Part shown: piece after piece, positions 1-15,148 of the stretch | Numbering within the stretch: position 1 is the stretch's first letter | Layout of the letters: every line of letters starts with the position of its first letter | Assembly: GCF_009914755.1 (NCBI RefSeq) | Contig: NC_060930.1 | Direction: 5' to 3' (one strand) | DNA length: 64,000 bases | Origin: the human T2T-CHM13v2.0 reference genome, Homo sapiens | Position numbers and translations under genes: made by a program | The notes under the pieces: generated by a model | The model's database searches: none | What the model was told of the DNA's origin: nothing | What the model saw: the letters and a program-made list of their open reading frames with translations, nothing else

Positions 1-1882
1 ACCACTGGTAACATATTTTGGTGCCATGTGACTGAGATACCTTCCAATGCTAACAGGTTTTGAATTCAAATAGTGTAATTTCAAAGCAGAGGCTCTGAAA
101 TGGATGCATGTATGACATGCTGGTGGAGTGGGAGATTGCCATATAGTAAAATATTCAGTTATTCCTAGAAAAAGCGTGCTGGGAAGACAACTGCACTAAG
201 CCAGGTCACTTACCCCCAGCAAGGCTAGATAGCTTCTGCTGGGCTGCTCTCAGCAGAGGGTTGCTACTTTCCATTTGGGTGAGATTAAGATGTCTTCATG
301 CTATTTTCAAATCCTTCACCAGGCTCTGCTGACCTCTCTTCCTGGCCACTCTGAAGCCCACACCCTGATGGGGCCTCACCAATCAACACTAGCAAATTTG
401 GTTCAGTGGCTCCTTGATCTAGCCATCCTGCCATCTTAACTGGATGCTTTTCTCCAAGCAGTAAGCAGCCAGCAACACTGGCCCTCATTTCACTTGGATT
501 CTTGCTAATTTAAAGCAATGTGACATCAGATGGCCAGAAAGCATCAGAAGTAGGTCCCAGGAGGACAGTGAGGCTTTATAGTGACATTGGAACCACACTG
601 CTCTGGGTGAGCATCAGAGGTACCTCGAGGCAGGAGACACAGTGGGGAGAGCCTAGAGAAAGAAGAGGCAAATGCTGGTCACCACCCTGCCAGGAGGGCT
701 GGGATTGTGAGAAAATGTGAGACGTGGGCTGGAGAATCCAGGAATAGCAGGCAGTAGTGGGTTCGAGGGAGCTGAGGTCCGTGCAATTTCAGGTTGTGGT
801 GAAGACAATGAAATGTTTTCCTCCCAGGCTGATGTAGCCCCAGAATCATAGGTCTTGTTGCTGACTCGTTTGTCTTAGGGTGATCCCTTTCATCAATGTC
901 ACAAAGTCCTTGTGTAGGTCATGTTTCTGAGTCCACATTCATTGTCTGAAGTAGCTCCAAGTTCAAAGCCCAAAATGACGATTCATAGAGCAGCTCACTG
1001 AATACATGTTACATGGAGATTTATACTGAGCAGCTCATGGTCAGGGAAAGAATTCGAAACATAGAAATTTCCTCCCCTGCAAAAAGGCTACAAACTGGCA
1101 GATTTCTTAGGGTGATAGCCTATGCTTTCCTCTGAGAACTTCTCAGTGTATTAGTAAAAGACTAATCGTGTCTCTATCTCTGATTACCACTGGCTGCAAT
1201 GAGGACCAGACTTCCCTTGGAGCAACAGGATGAGCCTGGAGGGAGGACTCCATGGGGCCATCGATTCCCTCATCATTATGGGTCAAGGCAGTAGTCTGAG
1301 AGTCAAAGACCCATTAGCGATAATGCAGTCAAAATGGAAACTCAGAATGGTTCAAGCCCAAGGCAAGAGCAGAATCTGTGAATTAAGAGATTGAGTCATC
1401 CTTTCTAAACGTAGAAAAAATATATCAATTTATAGATTGTCACCTCAGCACCTGAGAGGGAGTTCAGAGAAACAGAAAAAGTAGGAGTTTGCAGAAGCTG
1501 AAGTTGGCTTATATTCTGCTAGATATTTCTAATAATAATAATAATGTTTACACAATATTACCATGAGTCAGGCATTGTTCCAAACATCTTACATATGTTA
1601 ACTCATTTAATCTGACCACTGTGTGACCACCTCACTGATATGACCAGTGCGGGCTGCCTACTCCTCTAAGTCTCTCCTTGATTTATAGTGTAATGCTTTC
1701 AGGACCAATGGAAACTAGAGGTGACCTGGGCTCATGTGATGTAAGGAATAACTTAGTCATCAACCTTTACTGAATGCTTGCAAATCTGTCATGAGCCACT
1801 AAAGATGTTGACATTGGCTAAATGCAAATCTGTCTGTAAGGGATAACCCTTTACATTAAAAAATAATAATAAAAATAAACTT

Positions 1883-2176
1883 CCAGGTGTGGTGGCTCAC
1901 GCCTGTAATCCCAGCACTTTGGGAGGCCAAAGTGGGCGGATCATGAAGTCAGACAATCGAGACCATCCTGGCTAACTTGGTGAAACCCTGTCTCTACTAA
2001 AAATACAAAAAATTAGCTGGGTGTGGTGGCGCACACCTGTAGTCCAAGCTACTCAGGAGGCTGAGGCAAGGGAATCACTTGAACCCAGGAGGTGGAGGTT
2101 GTGGTGAGCCGAGATTGCACCACTGCACTCCAGCCTGGGTGACAGAGCGAGACTCCATCTAAAAAAAAAAAAAAAA
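1883..2176 (+). mobile_element. Alu (AluSc-like)
   Basis: Full dimer with A-rich linker and polyA; GAGACCATCCTGGC diagnostic. Confidence 0.95.
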
Positions 2177-2445
2177 CCTAAATATCAACTATGTGTCAGG
2201 CATTTACATAAACATTATTTCATTTAATTTCCACAGTCTTACAAGGCAGGTGGTATTTGATGGAAACTGAGGCTAAGAGAGACCAAGAAACTCACTTAAG
2301 TTCTCCCAGTTAAAAAGTGGCGATACCAGGATTTGAGCCCAAATCCTAACTCTAACAACACCCAACAGGTTCCTCCTCCTGTACCTCATGACCTTAGCAC
2401 TATGTTAATATCTTTTCATTTATTACTACTTGACTATATACATAA

Positions 2446-2740
<295 letters not shown>

Positions 2741-3832
2741 TTAACTATACATTCTAATAAGTAACAACTTTTAAAAACATAACTACAGTACAGTAATTGC
2801 ACCTGACAAAATTAACAATAATTCGCAATAAAGCCCATGTTTTGTTTTCCCTGGTTGTCTCAAATACACATATTTATTTATTTGTTTATTTTTAACATAT
2901 ATTTTTAGTTGGCTTGTTCAAATCAGCATCTAAACAAGATTTATACACTACATTTGGCAGATATGTTTTTAATTTAAAAAAATTTGAAAAATTTTCAAAG
3001 CTACAGAAAAGTTGAGAGAATAGTATAATGAACACCTATCTACCTTTAAACAAGAGTTACTGAAGTTGGTATGTCTCTTAAATCTCTTTTCATCTGTCAT
3101 TGTTCCCCATCTCTTTTTAAAAAGAGCCATTTATTTTTATATGAAAATAGGTAATTTGACCTGTTGAATTTCCCATGTACTTAATATTTCCAATTAATTA
3201 TTCATGGTGTCATTTAACGTATTCTTCTCTGTCTCATATTTCCTATGAACTGGGAGTTCATTACATAATTCATTACATTCAGGTTCTTGAGTTTTTGGTG
3301 GGGAGAATAATACTCCATGATAATACTTCATAGGTGATGTTGTATACTTCCTTTTGTATCCATCAGGGTGCACGTAACATCTGGCCGGTTTAACCTTGAC
3401 CTTTGAGTTCAGGTGGTATCAACTCGATCCATGCAATGCAGAATTTCTCAGCAACTTTTAACTTAATGGCTTTAGCAGTCATTGATGGCTGTTGCCTGGA
3501 ATCTTTATTTCTTTAGGGTTTGAGAACTGGTGATTTTGCAATTTTATCATTCTGGTTGCATTTACTACTTGTGCTTCTCTAAAAAAGCAAATAGCAACTA
3601 TTTGATTGTTATAAGGTACAGTTTGTATAAGGAAGGCAGGATAATTATTTGATTCTTTTTCTTTATTAGTCAGTTTTCAGAATAATGAGTTGGTGTCCTA
3701 GCAACTATCAAAGGTGACTAAGGAGGTTTTACCTATTCTGGCAGAGGGGGAAGAGTGAAGTGGGATGAGGAGTATTATTTTTGAACCCAGAGACTTTTGT
3801 ATATTTAATATATTTCAATCCGTTGCAGTAAA

Positions 3833-4005
3833 TTTTATTTATTTTACTTATTTTTGGAGACAAGGTCTTGCTGTATCACCGAGACTGGAGTGTCACAGTG
3901 GCGTGATCGTAGCTCACTGAAGCCTCAAACTCCTGGCCTCAAGCAATCTGCCATCTTGGCCTTCCAAAGGGCTGGGATTATAGGCCTGAGCCACTGCACC
4001 TGGCC
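3833..4005 (-). mobile_element. Alu monomer (FRAM/FAM-like)
   Basis: Single ~170-bp arm, GAGACAAGGTCTTGC...CCACTGCACCTGGCC. Confidence 0.8.
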
Positions 4006-4308
4006 AGTTGTTGTAATTGTTTTAAATGTTCAAGCTGTCTCATCTCTGGTCAATGGGAACCCCTTCAAGTTGGCTACCATATCATTTGATATGATCACAG
4101 TAATCTTTGACAGCTTCCTTGCTTTTAGGTATGACAAGATGTTCCAGATCAAGAAGTCCTTGTTCTTTTTAGTGGAAAATGGCATTTAGAGTCCACAGTC
4201 TAAGAACTAGGGGTGTTTCTTGTTATTAAGTTATTGCTTCTTCTAAATGCTTTCAGTGGACATAACTAGAAAATATTAATTTTTTAGGAAAACAAAAACA
4301 AATCATGA

Positions 4309-4628
<320 letters not shown>

Positions 4629-5369
4629 CCCACCAAAATCATGAGTTGATACTGATATTTTTAATTTAAAGTAAGAATTACAGGATTTTATTTAACCTTC
4701 CTGATTTTATAATTTGTACCTCTATGTTTTGTCTCCTTACACTGTAAATCTGGGTTCCATCCTAACAATATTGAAGAAATGTATCTGTTTTATCTTATTT
4801 TCTGGTATCAAAATAACAATATCACTGTATTATGCTACCTACAATAAGACCACTGAATGCAGAGTAAGATTTATTGATATGTCTGTGGTTCTTTTTGGTT
4901 CTCAAGATAGACTCCATGAGAGATGTGTAGTGAAAATATTGTGGTCTCAAGTCATTTGAAATAAGGCTTCTGTGTGTGGTCAAGTCAAAAACCAGATTTA
5001 TAATTAGATTTCCTTTTTCAGTTTGTGATTTTGAGGGAATTCTTTTTATTTCGTTAATTAAAATTATATAAAACATTCACTGGTTCCAAAATTCAACTCT
5101 AAAACAAGGTTCATTCAGGCAAGTCTAGCTTCTACTCAACTTCCTTCCTGTTCTCACCCTCTGGCAATGGTAACTTATTTCGAGTGTGTGTCTGCAAGAT
5201 CAATGACCTGAAGCTACAGCAAATTCTCTAGAAATCAGACAAAACTGAGGACTAGGTCCTCATATCTAGGATGTAGAGCATCCAGCAGCATAGCTTGGCT
5301 AGTTACAAGGCTACTCTAGGCCATCTTCAAGATTGGAAGGTCAAATCCTAACTGCATCATCTCCACTGA

Positions 5370-5870
5370 GGCATTCACTCATTCATTCATTCATTCATTC
5401 ACCCATTTATCTGTTCAGCACAGCCCTAGGTTCTAGGGATACAGAGATAAATATACACCACTCGCTTCTCCCTGTGGCAGAGCTGGATATGGAGACAGGT
5501 CACTTGGAAGCAATGTAGTAAAAGCTATGATAGGTTTTGATGGCCAAGGTTGTCAGGATGGACCTGAGGAAGGGGCTAAACTCAGACTAGGGAGGGGTAG
5601 AGGTCACCAATAAAAGTTTCCTTATAGAGGTAGTACCTAGACAGAGTTTTAGGAAGAAGGAAGTGTTGATTGAGTTGAGGTTGGGAAGGGTGGACAGTGA
5701 GAAGGCAATGCAGAGAGAGGAAATAGCAAACTAAGACCCAAAGGTGTGAGTGAGCCAGGAGTCTGTAGCGAGTGATGAGTGATTTGCTATTTGGGGCAAG
5801 ATGAGAAATAAAAAGAAGCAAGGCTCATAGGACAGTCAGCAGAGAGATCTCAGAGGGCTCTTGGAGGGGC
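5370..5870 (-). mobile_element. L2 fragment
   Basis: (CATT)n L2 3' tail followed by TTCTAGGGATACAGAGATAAA. Confidence 0.6.
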
Positions 5871-6291
5871 AGGGTCTGTCCAGCTGCCAGGTTTAGTTCT
5901 TTCCCTACCACCTCCATCTCCCAGTTATGGGTTAGGCCATGCTCAAGTGATGCTACTTGTCTGCATGGCACAGGCCCATTGATTCACATAAGCCTATTGC
6001 TCTACTCTGTGTATCATCTGAAGCAGATAAGATGCCAGGGGGTCTTGGGCTTCCTGTCCTGCCATCGGTTATTTTGTGGGTAAGGAAGGCAAGTCCATTC
6101 CAATATCATCTAGCATCAAATATGAACTGGGAAGTAAGATTGGAATAAAACAGAACCACAAAGACAACAACAAAAGACACAATTCTAAAGTAATGTGTTT
6201 TAAACTTTTGGATGGTGACCCTCAGTAAGAAATACATTTTATGTGGTGATCTTGTTCAAACACACACACACACCCATTCACAATCACATGT

Positions 6292-6864
6292 TGTATTAGG
6301 GTTCTCCAGAGGGACAGAATCAATAGGATATATGTATATATAAAAGGGAGTTTATGAGGGAGAACTGGCTCACAGGATGACAAGGTGAAATCCCACGATA
6401 GGCCATCTGCAAGCTGGGGAAGAGGGAAAATGGTAGTGACTCAGTCCAAGTCTGAAAGCCTCAAAAACAGAGAAGCCCACAGTGTAGCCTTCTGTCTCAG
6501 GCCACCGAAGGCCTGAGAGCCCCCCAGAAGCCACTGCTGCAAGTCCCAGAGTCCAAAGGCCAAAGAACCTGGAGTCAGATGTCCAAGGGCAGAAGGAGAG
6601 GAGCAAGCATCTCAGCAGAAAAAAAGAGAGCCAGAAAACTCAGCAAGCAAAGCTATCCTGCCTTTTTCCACCTGCTTTGTTCTAGCCATGCGGGCAGCTG
6701 ATTGGATGGTGGCCACCCACGTTGAACATTCTCTCCCTGTTCGCTGACTCAAATGTCAATCTCTTCTGGCAACACCCTCACAGACCCACCCAGAAATAAT
6801 GCTTCACCAGCCATCTAGGCATCTCTTAATCCAGTCAAGTTGACACCTAATATTAACCATCACA
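6292..6864 (-). mobile_element. MLT2A solo LTR (HERV-L)
   Basis: TGTATTAGGGTTCTCCAGAGGGACAGAA...TTAACCATCACA with perfect 5-bp TSD CATGT (6287-6291 / 6865-6869). Confidence 0.92.
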
Positions 6865-6899
6865 CATGTATATAAATGAAATTAATATTTAATGAAACT

Positions 6900-7040
6900 G
6901 CTGGATGTAGTTGCTCATGTCTGTAGTTCCAGAACTTTTGAAGGCTGAGCCGGGAAGATCACTTGAGCCCAGGAGTTCAAGTCCAGCCTGGGCAACATAG
7001 CAAGACCCATTGCCTCTAGAAAAACACAAAAAGAAAGAAA
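6900..7040 (+). mobile_element. FLAM/AluJ left monomer
   Basis: Single arm plus A tail; flanking ATTTAATGAA duplication. Confidence 0.85.
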
Positions 7041-7317
7041 GTAAAATTTAATGAAGCATTACTTATCCTTACTATGAACAGTGCAATCTAATCTTTTTTA
7101 CTTTATTTTAATTCACTGAAAAGATGCTGGTTGCAATCCACTAAATTGATTTTCTAACCCATATATGTACTGTAGGTGGAAATCTGCAGTTTGAAAAACA
7201 CTGCCTTTACTTGCCTGGGATTCCCCTTGAGGATCCAATGGGCCTCATGAGAGGAAACAAGTATGGTCTCTGAGGCCCAGGGACTGGCCCTGTCCATGGC
7301 CCACAGACCGTTTAGAC

Positions 7318-8146
<829 letters not shown>

Positions 8147-9454
8147 TCAAATACTTCCTCTTCTATTTGTCCCCCTCAGCCAAGTCCACTTTAGACTGCA
8201 GACAGTAGCCTCTCAGGCCACCTCTACCCCTCTCAGCTGGCCTAGGATCTGGCTCAGCCTAAGGGCCCCTATTCAGCCCCTGCTCAGCCAGGAGAAGGGA
8301 TTGGAGAAGGTGGGCAGAAAGCTGCAAAAGCAGTAGCTGCCATGGGAGGAGGAGAGGTGAGAGGCCCCTCCCAGCCTCCTGGACGCTGACTCCCCTGAGC
8401 TGGGGACGTAGCTATGGGAGTTTTGCACCGAGGCGCCAAATCCCTCATGGAGTGCTGCCGGAGGGGAGGGAGGTTTCTGAGGGGCCCCCATGTGTTGTTC
8501 TGCACTGACCTGTGACCCTGCCTCAAGCGAAAGTGTCCTAAATTCTCCAGCATGGTGAGGGAGAAACTGCATGAACCTGGTGTGCTCCTCAGGGGATGCT
8601 ACATGAAACTGAAAGCCCTGTCTGGAACCGTGAAGTGACTGGTTTGGAAAGGATGGGGAGGGAGGGAAGACCTTGGCCCTGCCACAGCTATGGTAGTTCA
8701 GGGATGCAGCCCTCAGCAGTGCTGACACAAGGGAGCCGGTTCCCATTCATGGGCTGAGAGGAGTGGCCTTCATCAGTGGAGCTGGAGAACACACGCAATC
8801 CAGTGACAATCTCGAAGACCCCTCCTAACCCATCCAGAGAGATGGGAGCAGCGCTGGGGAAGCTGCCAGGTCAGGGCCCCACCAGGCCTGACACGGAGGA
8901 GGACTTGTGCACAGTGGATGCAGGAGGCACCCGGTGCTGCCGGGAGGGGCCGGGGGTGCAGGAAGAGGGCACTAATGTGTACTGAGCACCTGCTGCAGGG
9001 CCCACACCGTGCAGAGCTGTTTGTGAGTGTTAACATGTTTACTCCTCCCCCAGCCTCTGAGCTAGGGTTTGCCCCCATTTGATAGGGCAGCAAACAAATG
9101 TTCTAAAAGGTTGAGTGATTTTCCCAGAGTCATGGCTTGGAAAAGCTGGAGTCCCAGGGATTCCACTCACAGGGGCACAACTCACAGATGATGTTCCATA
9201 ATATTTTTATAGAAACACACACCTCTTTGACCATCCTCTTAAGACTATAATGTGAGCTGAGGAAAACATGGGCCTTGAAGAAATCATCATAGCATAAAAG
9301 AACAAATAATGGTCAGATCACCTTCTGGTGGGCAAGTGTCTCTGTGAGCACCCCCAGGCCCTGCACATTGTTGGTGGGAAACAAATGCTTACTGCTTCAC
9401 TAACAGACATAGGAATTCCTGCCCAAGAGTGAGAGTACACTTTAGAAAGCAGCA

Positions 9455-9700
9455 AAAATAGCTAGTAATTTTTGAGCACTATGTGTCAGGCACTATTTAA
9501 GAACTTTACATGCATTAAGTTTTTTTAATCCTCAAGACAGTTTTATGGGGCTAATACTATCATCACCTCCATTTTACAGATAAGGATCCAAGCACAGAAA
9601 AGTTGCATAATTTACCGATAGCCACATAACTTATACACAGAGGGATGAGGAGTTAAGCTCGTACAGGCTTTCTCAGGAGTCAAAGTTTTTATTTACCAAA
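9455..9700 (-). mobile_element. MIR
   Basis: GAGCACTATGTGTCAGGCAC...CCATTTTACAGATAAGG MIR core. Confidence 0.7.
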
Positions 9701-9719
9701 CTCTACTTCCTGCTTCCAT

Positions 9720-10712
9720 TGTATCAATTATCTATGGCTACGGTGGTCTGCTTTTAGAAAAAAAAAGCTGTACACACTGTATTAGTCCATTCTCATGCTG
9801 CTAATAAAGACATACCAGAGACTGGGTAATTTATAAAGGAAAGAGATTTAACTGACTCACAGTTCAGCATGGCTGGGGAGGCCTCAGGAAACTTATAATC
9901 ATGGTGGAAGGAGAAGCAAACATGTCCTTCTTCACATGGGGGCAGGAAGGAGAAGTGCAGAGTGAAGCAGGAAAAGCCCCTTATAAAACCATCATATCTC
10001 CTGAGAAATCACTCACTATCATGAGAGCAGTAGCATGGGGGTAACTGCCTCCATGATTCAGTTACCTCCTACCAGGTCCCCCCCACGACACATGGGGATG
10101 TTGGGAACTACAAGTCAAGATGAGATTTCGGTGGGGACACAGCCAAACCATATCACACACAAACTGCATTAAAACAGAAACAAATACAAAAAAAACTTCA
10201 GTGGCATACAATAAACACAAATTACATTTAAAAAACAATAACAACAAAAACCCCACAAAACTTCAGTGGCATACAACAATAAACACTTATATAACTAGCA
10301 ATTCTGCAGGGTTCTGCTGATGTCAGTTGGGCTTGTTCCTACATCTGCAGTCATCTGTAGGCCAGCTAGGCAGCTCAGCTGATGTTGGCTGGGCTCACTG
10401 ACACAGGGTAGGGTTGGCTGTCTGTTAGCTGAGACTACTGAGGGACTTGACTCCGAGCCAGGTATCTTTCATCCTCCAGCAGGCTAGCCCAGGTAGCATT
10501 CTCATGGAAATGGCAGGTGCAGGAACAGAGGTCCAATTGCACAAGCCCTTTAGAAGTCCTTGTTCATATAGCATTTACTATACGATTGTGTATAGTTTAT
10601 CCTATTGGCCAAAACAAGTCACATGGCTGAGCCTGGAGTAAGAGAAGATCGCTGCAAATGGAAGGATCCAGGAAGGGGTGAACAGTGGGGCCCTTAACCC
10701 ACTCAATCTACC
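9720..10712 (-). mobile_element. MLT1 (G/H-like) MaLR LTR split by a THE1
   Basis: AAACTTCAGTGGC, CTCCAGCAGGCTAGCCCAGG, ATTGGCCAAAACAAGTCACATGG, terminal AATCTACCA. Confidence 0.7.
9778..10155 (-). mobile_element. THE1 (C/D-like) solo LTR
   Basis: TGTATTAGTCCATTCTC...CAGCCAAACCATATCA; 5-bp TSD CACAC. Confidence 0.93.
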
Positions 10713-10867
10713 AAATTGGTTTTACTCTATTTAAGTGAATGTTTTTTCCCTTCCATCCTTATAGGTCTTATAGTAGTTCTCACACTACTGTATATCAGAT
10801 TCACTAGGGAATTTGTTTGGGAATGTACCAACTCCCAAGCTCAGAGATTCTGATTCAGTAGGGCTGA

Positions 10868-11182
<315 letters not shown>

Positions 11183-11728
11183 ACATCTGACTTTTAATAA
11201 GCAATCTGGGAGATTCTGAAGCGCTTAATCTTTAAAAAACGCTATGCTAATCAGCTAGATTTTCAACTAGCTTAGGGCTTTTGCTTCACTTCTCTTCTTT
11301 GAAATGATGATCCAATTCAGTGTTACAAACTCATCATCAGAGGCTATGGGCATGAGCCGAAATGTTCCCTTCAGTGTGAGCTCAGAGAGCCTGTGTGGCT
11401 GCAGGAGCTGCAGTGAGATCTTGTTTTGCAGCCTAAGGTAATACTTATCTTGTATTAAGCTTGCTGGGCAGATGTTTCTAAGCAGAAAATGCACCGCACA
11501 GATGGAACTTATTCACAGCAACCAAGAATGAAAGAAAACCCTAGGCAAGTCAGTGTATCTGGATGCAGATTCTGACCAAGTTGATACTAGAGATTTGTAG
11601 TTGGAAGAGATTAGAGATATAAAGGCCTTAGTAGGACCCAACTCTATAGCCACCAGTTGCTTCCTGCATTTGCTTTCCAAGTTCTCCTTCCATTATTGAA
11701 AACTGCCCCAGGTGGGGGCTCCCATCCC

Positions 11729-12036
<308 letters not shown>

Positions 12037-12723
12037 CTATCCTTCATTTTTTAGACCACTTTTCCATGAATAATGTTGCTGATGGGAAGGGGGACCTTCC
12101 CCTAGAACTTTACCATCTTATTTAATCCTCACGACAATAATTCTATATTGTTATCTGCAATTAGGTGTTGATATCTGCAATTTTTAATTGAGAAACACAA
12201 GGTTCAGAGAGGTTAAGTGACCATTTTCAAACATGACATATAAAAATACGCAGTAGTGACTTCAATATATGCCCTCAGCTGCTGCAATGAGGTCCAAAGA
12301 TGGCAAGGGGGACAGAGCATGAGCATGCGAATGCCAGCTCCAAGAGCCCCATGATCATCATACTCCCTACTTCCCACATATTTCTTTTCAGAGGACTGGA
12401 ACCCTAGAAAGGTGTTGGGCTGGGCAAGTCGCCTGCACTGCAGGTTCACTTTTCTCCTGGAGATCACTGTTTGTCCCTGCCCACCCTGTCCTGCTCAGCT
12501 ACCCATAGATGTAGCTTGCTCCTGCTGCCAAACCCAGGGGAGACAAGCAAATCCAGCCAACGTCTCAGTGAGCAGAGGGTGGAATGCACTTGGCAGGCAT
12601 GTGGCAGTCATGTGAGCATCAAGCTACACCTTTTCTCCATTACTTTTTGTCTGTCTTTCCACACCTGTTTCTGACTAGGTTCTTGGTCCACACTCTCATT
12701 CCCAATCAGAAATAGCCAGTTCT

Positions 12724-13019
12724 TGGAAACCACCATTCTGAGCAAACTATCACAAGGACAGAAAACCAAACACCGCTTCTCACTCATAGGTGGGAATTGA
12801 ACAATGAGAACACTTGGTCACAGGATGGGGAACATCACACACCGGGGCCTGTTGTGGGGTGGGGGGAGGGGGGAGGGATAGCATTAGGAGAAATACCTAA
12901 TGTAAATGACGAGTTAATGGGTGCAGCACACCAACATGGCACATGTATACAGATGTAACAAACCTGCACGTTGTGTACATGTACCCTAGAACTTAAAGTA
13001 TAATAATAAAAAAATAAGT
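12724..13019 (+). mobile_element. 5'-truncated L1PA (PA4/PA5-like) 3' end
   Basis: L1 3'UTR with G-rich tract and ACTTAAAGTATAATAATAAAA; perfect 14-bp TSD AAATAGCCAGTTCT (12710-12723 / 13020-13033). Confidence 0.95.
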
Positions 13020-14218
13020 AAATAGCCAGTTCTCCCCACCTCCCTTCCACCCCTAATTTGAACCCTGCACTAATCTGGACAGACAGCCTGAGGGGTAGGA
13101 TGTGCCCACCCAACTATAAGTCCAGAGGCTGACCAGAGAGTCCAGATGCTGAGTGCCTCCATCTATTGGGCCAGTATTCAATGAGTGTTCATGATTGTTA
13201 TTATTGGTAGCAATATCCAAACTCTTACGTTTAGTACATGATTGTTCCAAGTGACAACCAGGCCCCATCAACTCAGCCATAGAATTCCAAAGACCCATGG
13301 AAATGGGGTGGAGAGGGCCAAGTAATATATGGAGAAGCCACTGCTCCTGGTGTTTGATACTCATTAGGACCTAGGTAACTGTCCAGGAGAGTCCTTTCAC
13401 CAAGACAATTTTGGAGTGACTTTTCTGGGCCAAGGGTCATACCTGGCTCACCTCCTTTTGGTGAATGGTGCCTTCCAAGGCTTTGGAGTATAACATGGTC
13501 TGAATCATTACTACTGACTGTTCCAAGTGATATAACTTCACCAGAAGCCTCAAGTGTGTGGTTTGAAGGCTGGGGAGATCCTAATTTTACAGCCCAGCCG
13601 TTGATGTCTCAACGGGTTTTCCCATCAGTGGGACAGGAGGGTGATGAAAGATACATTGGGAATAACTAGATATGGTCCAGGCCCAGGCTGTGCCTGGGAA
13701 ACACCATTGAGGAAGGACCTGGAAGCCAGACTCTGTAGACTGAGGCTTTTACCGGATGTAACACTAAGCTACAGGGAAAAATAAATAAATAATAAATAAC
13801 CTGTCACCGAAACTCATTCTTACCCCAAATCCTGAAACTAACCATCCGATCACTGATGCCAAACACTAAAGAGTCATTTGAATTAATTCCTCCTCTCTTC
13901 ATCCATCTAAGCAATCTCCAAGGCCTTCAGTTTTAGCATACTAGCATGTTCCCATCCTCACGGCCATGACCTTATTCAAGCCATTAGCATCACTCTGCTG
14001 CTCCTACCTGGCCTCTCTGCCGGCTGTCACACCCTTTCAAACAGTTGCCGAAGCTGATCATGTCACTCTGGTGTTTAAAATACGTTTTACATCTCCCTGT
14101 GGCGTAGAATATTTACACTCTTAAGCTGGGAGAGAAAATGTCCCTGTACTCCTCATCCAAGATCTGGCCCCTGCCAGTCTCCCCAGCCCTACTCCTTACC
14201 ATTTCCCACATTCCCCTG

Positions 14219-14590
14219 TGAGTCAGGATAGGCTTGGATCTACTACAGGAATAAACAGCTCTTAAAATCTCTGTGACGTAACATACCAGAAGTTTATGTT
14301 CATGCAAAGACTGCTGTGGGTCCAGGAACCTAACCTTGGTAGAGTGACTCAGAGATTCAGGCCACTTTGATCTTGTGGCTCAGTCCTCTCAATCTGGTCC
14401 TCTGTTTTTCAGACAGAGGAGGAGAGAGACTAGAGACACACAGGCTTCCACTGCCTCTGGCTGGAAGTGACATACATCACTTCCACTCACATTTCCCTGG
14501 CCAGAACTTCACTATGGCCCTACCCTACTCAAAGGAGGTAGGAAGTGTAGTCTCTTGTGTGGTCAGGAAAGAAAGAACCAGATGTTACTG
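14219..14590 (-). mobile_element. MLT1 (J-like) LTR within L2 sequence
   Basis: AAAATCTCTGTGAC, GGAAGTGACATACATCACTTCCACTCACATT; boundaries approximate. Confidence 0.6.
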
Positions 14591-14787
14591 ATGTTGGGGC
14601 CCCTGGTGCTCTAAGCATGCTGAAAACCTTGTGCTCTCCCTAGCATACCCTGCCATGCCATGCCTGTGTCTTGCACGCGCTGCTCCAACTCTCTAGAACA
14701 CCTCTCTCCTCCCCTTTCCCATCTATCCCAGTCTTTCTTTCTCTGCCAGCACATCTCCTGGGAAACTTGGTTTTACCCAACCCCCCA

Positions 14788-15148
14788 TGATATGGTTTGG
14801 CTGTGTCGCCACCCAAGTCTCATCTTGAATTGTGGCTCCCATGATTCCCACGTGTTGTGGGAGGGACTTGGTGGAGATGGTTGAATCCTGGGGGTAGTTT
14901 CCCCCATGCTGTTCTCATGGTAGTGAATGGGTCTATGGGATCTGATGGTTTTATAAGGAGAAACCCCTTTCACTTGGTTCTCGTTCTCTCTCTTGCCTGC
15001 CATCATGTAAGACATACCTTTCACCTTCTGCCATGATTGTGAGGCCTCCCCAGCCATGTGAAACTGAGAGTCAATTAAACCTCTTTCTTTTATAAATTAC
15101 CCAGTCTCGGCTATGTCTTTATCAGCAGTGTGAGAACAGACTAGTACA
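14788..15148 (+). mobile_element. THE1B-like solo LTR
   Basis: TGATATGGTTTGGCTGTGTC...ACAGACTAGTACA; 5-bp TSD CCCCA. Confidence 0.94.

Larger units (their letters stand above)
6190..7203. mobile_element. hAT-Charlie DNA transposon remnant (Charlie4-like) hosting MLT2 and FLAM insertions
   Basis: Terminal CAGTTTGAAAAACACTG and internal CCACTAAATTGATTT; split by two younger insertions. Confidence 0.5.

Noticed and set aside
1-1500. Possible pseudogene or ERV internal sequence
   Set aside because: Translations I inspected showed no recognisable protein motifs; cannot be supported without BLAST/Dfam.
8273-9093. GC-rich stretch with 106-157-aa ORFs
   Set aside because: No homology recognised, no clear exon structure and only modest CpG; partly MIR at its right end.
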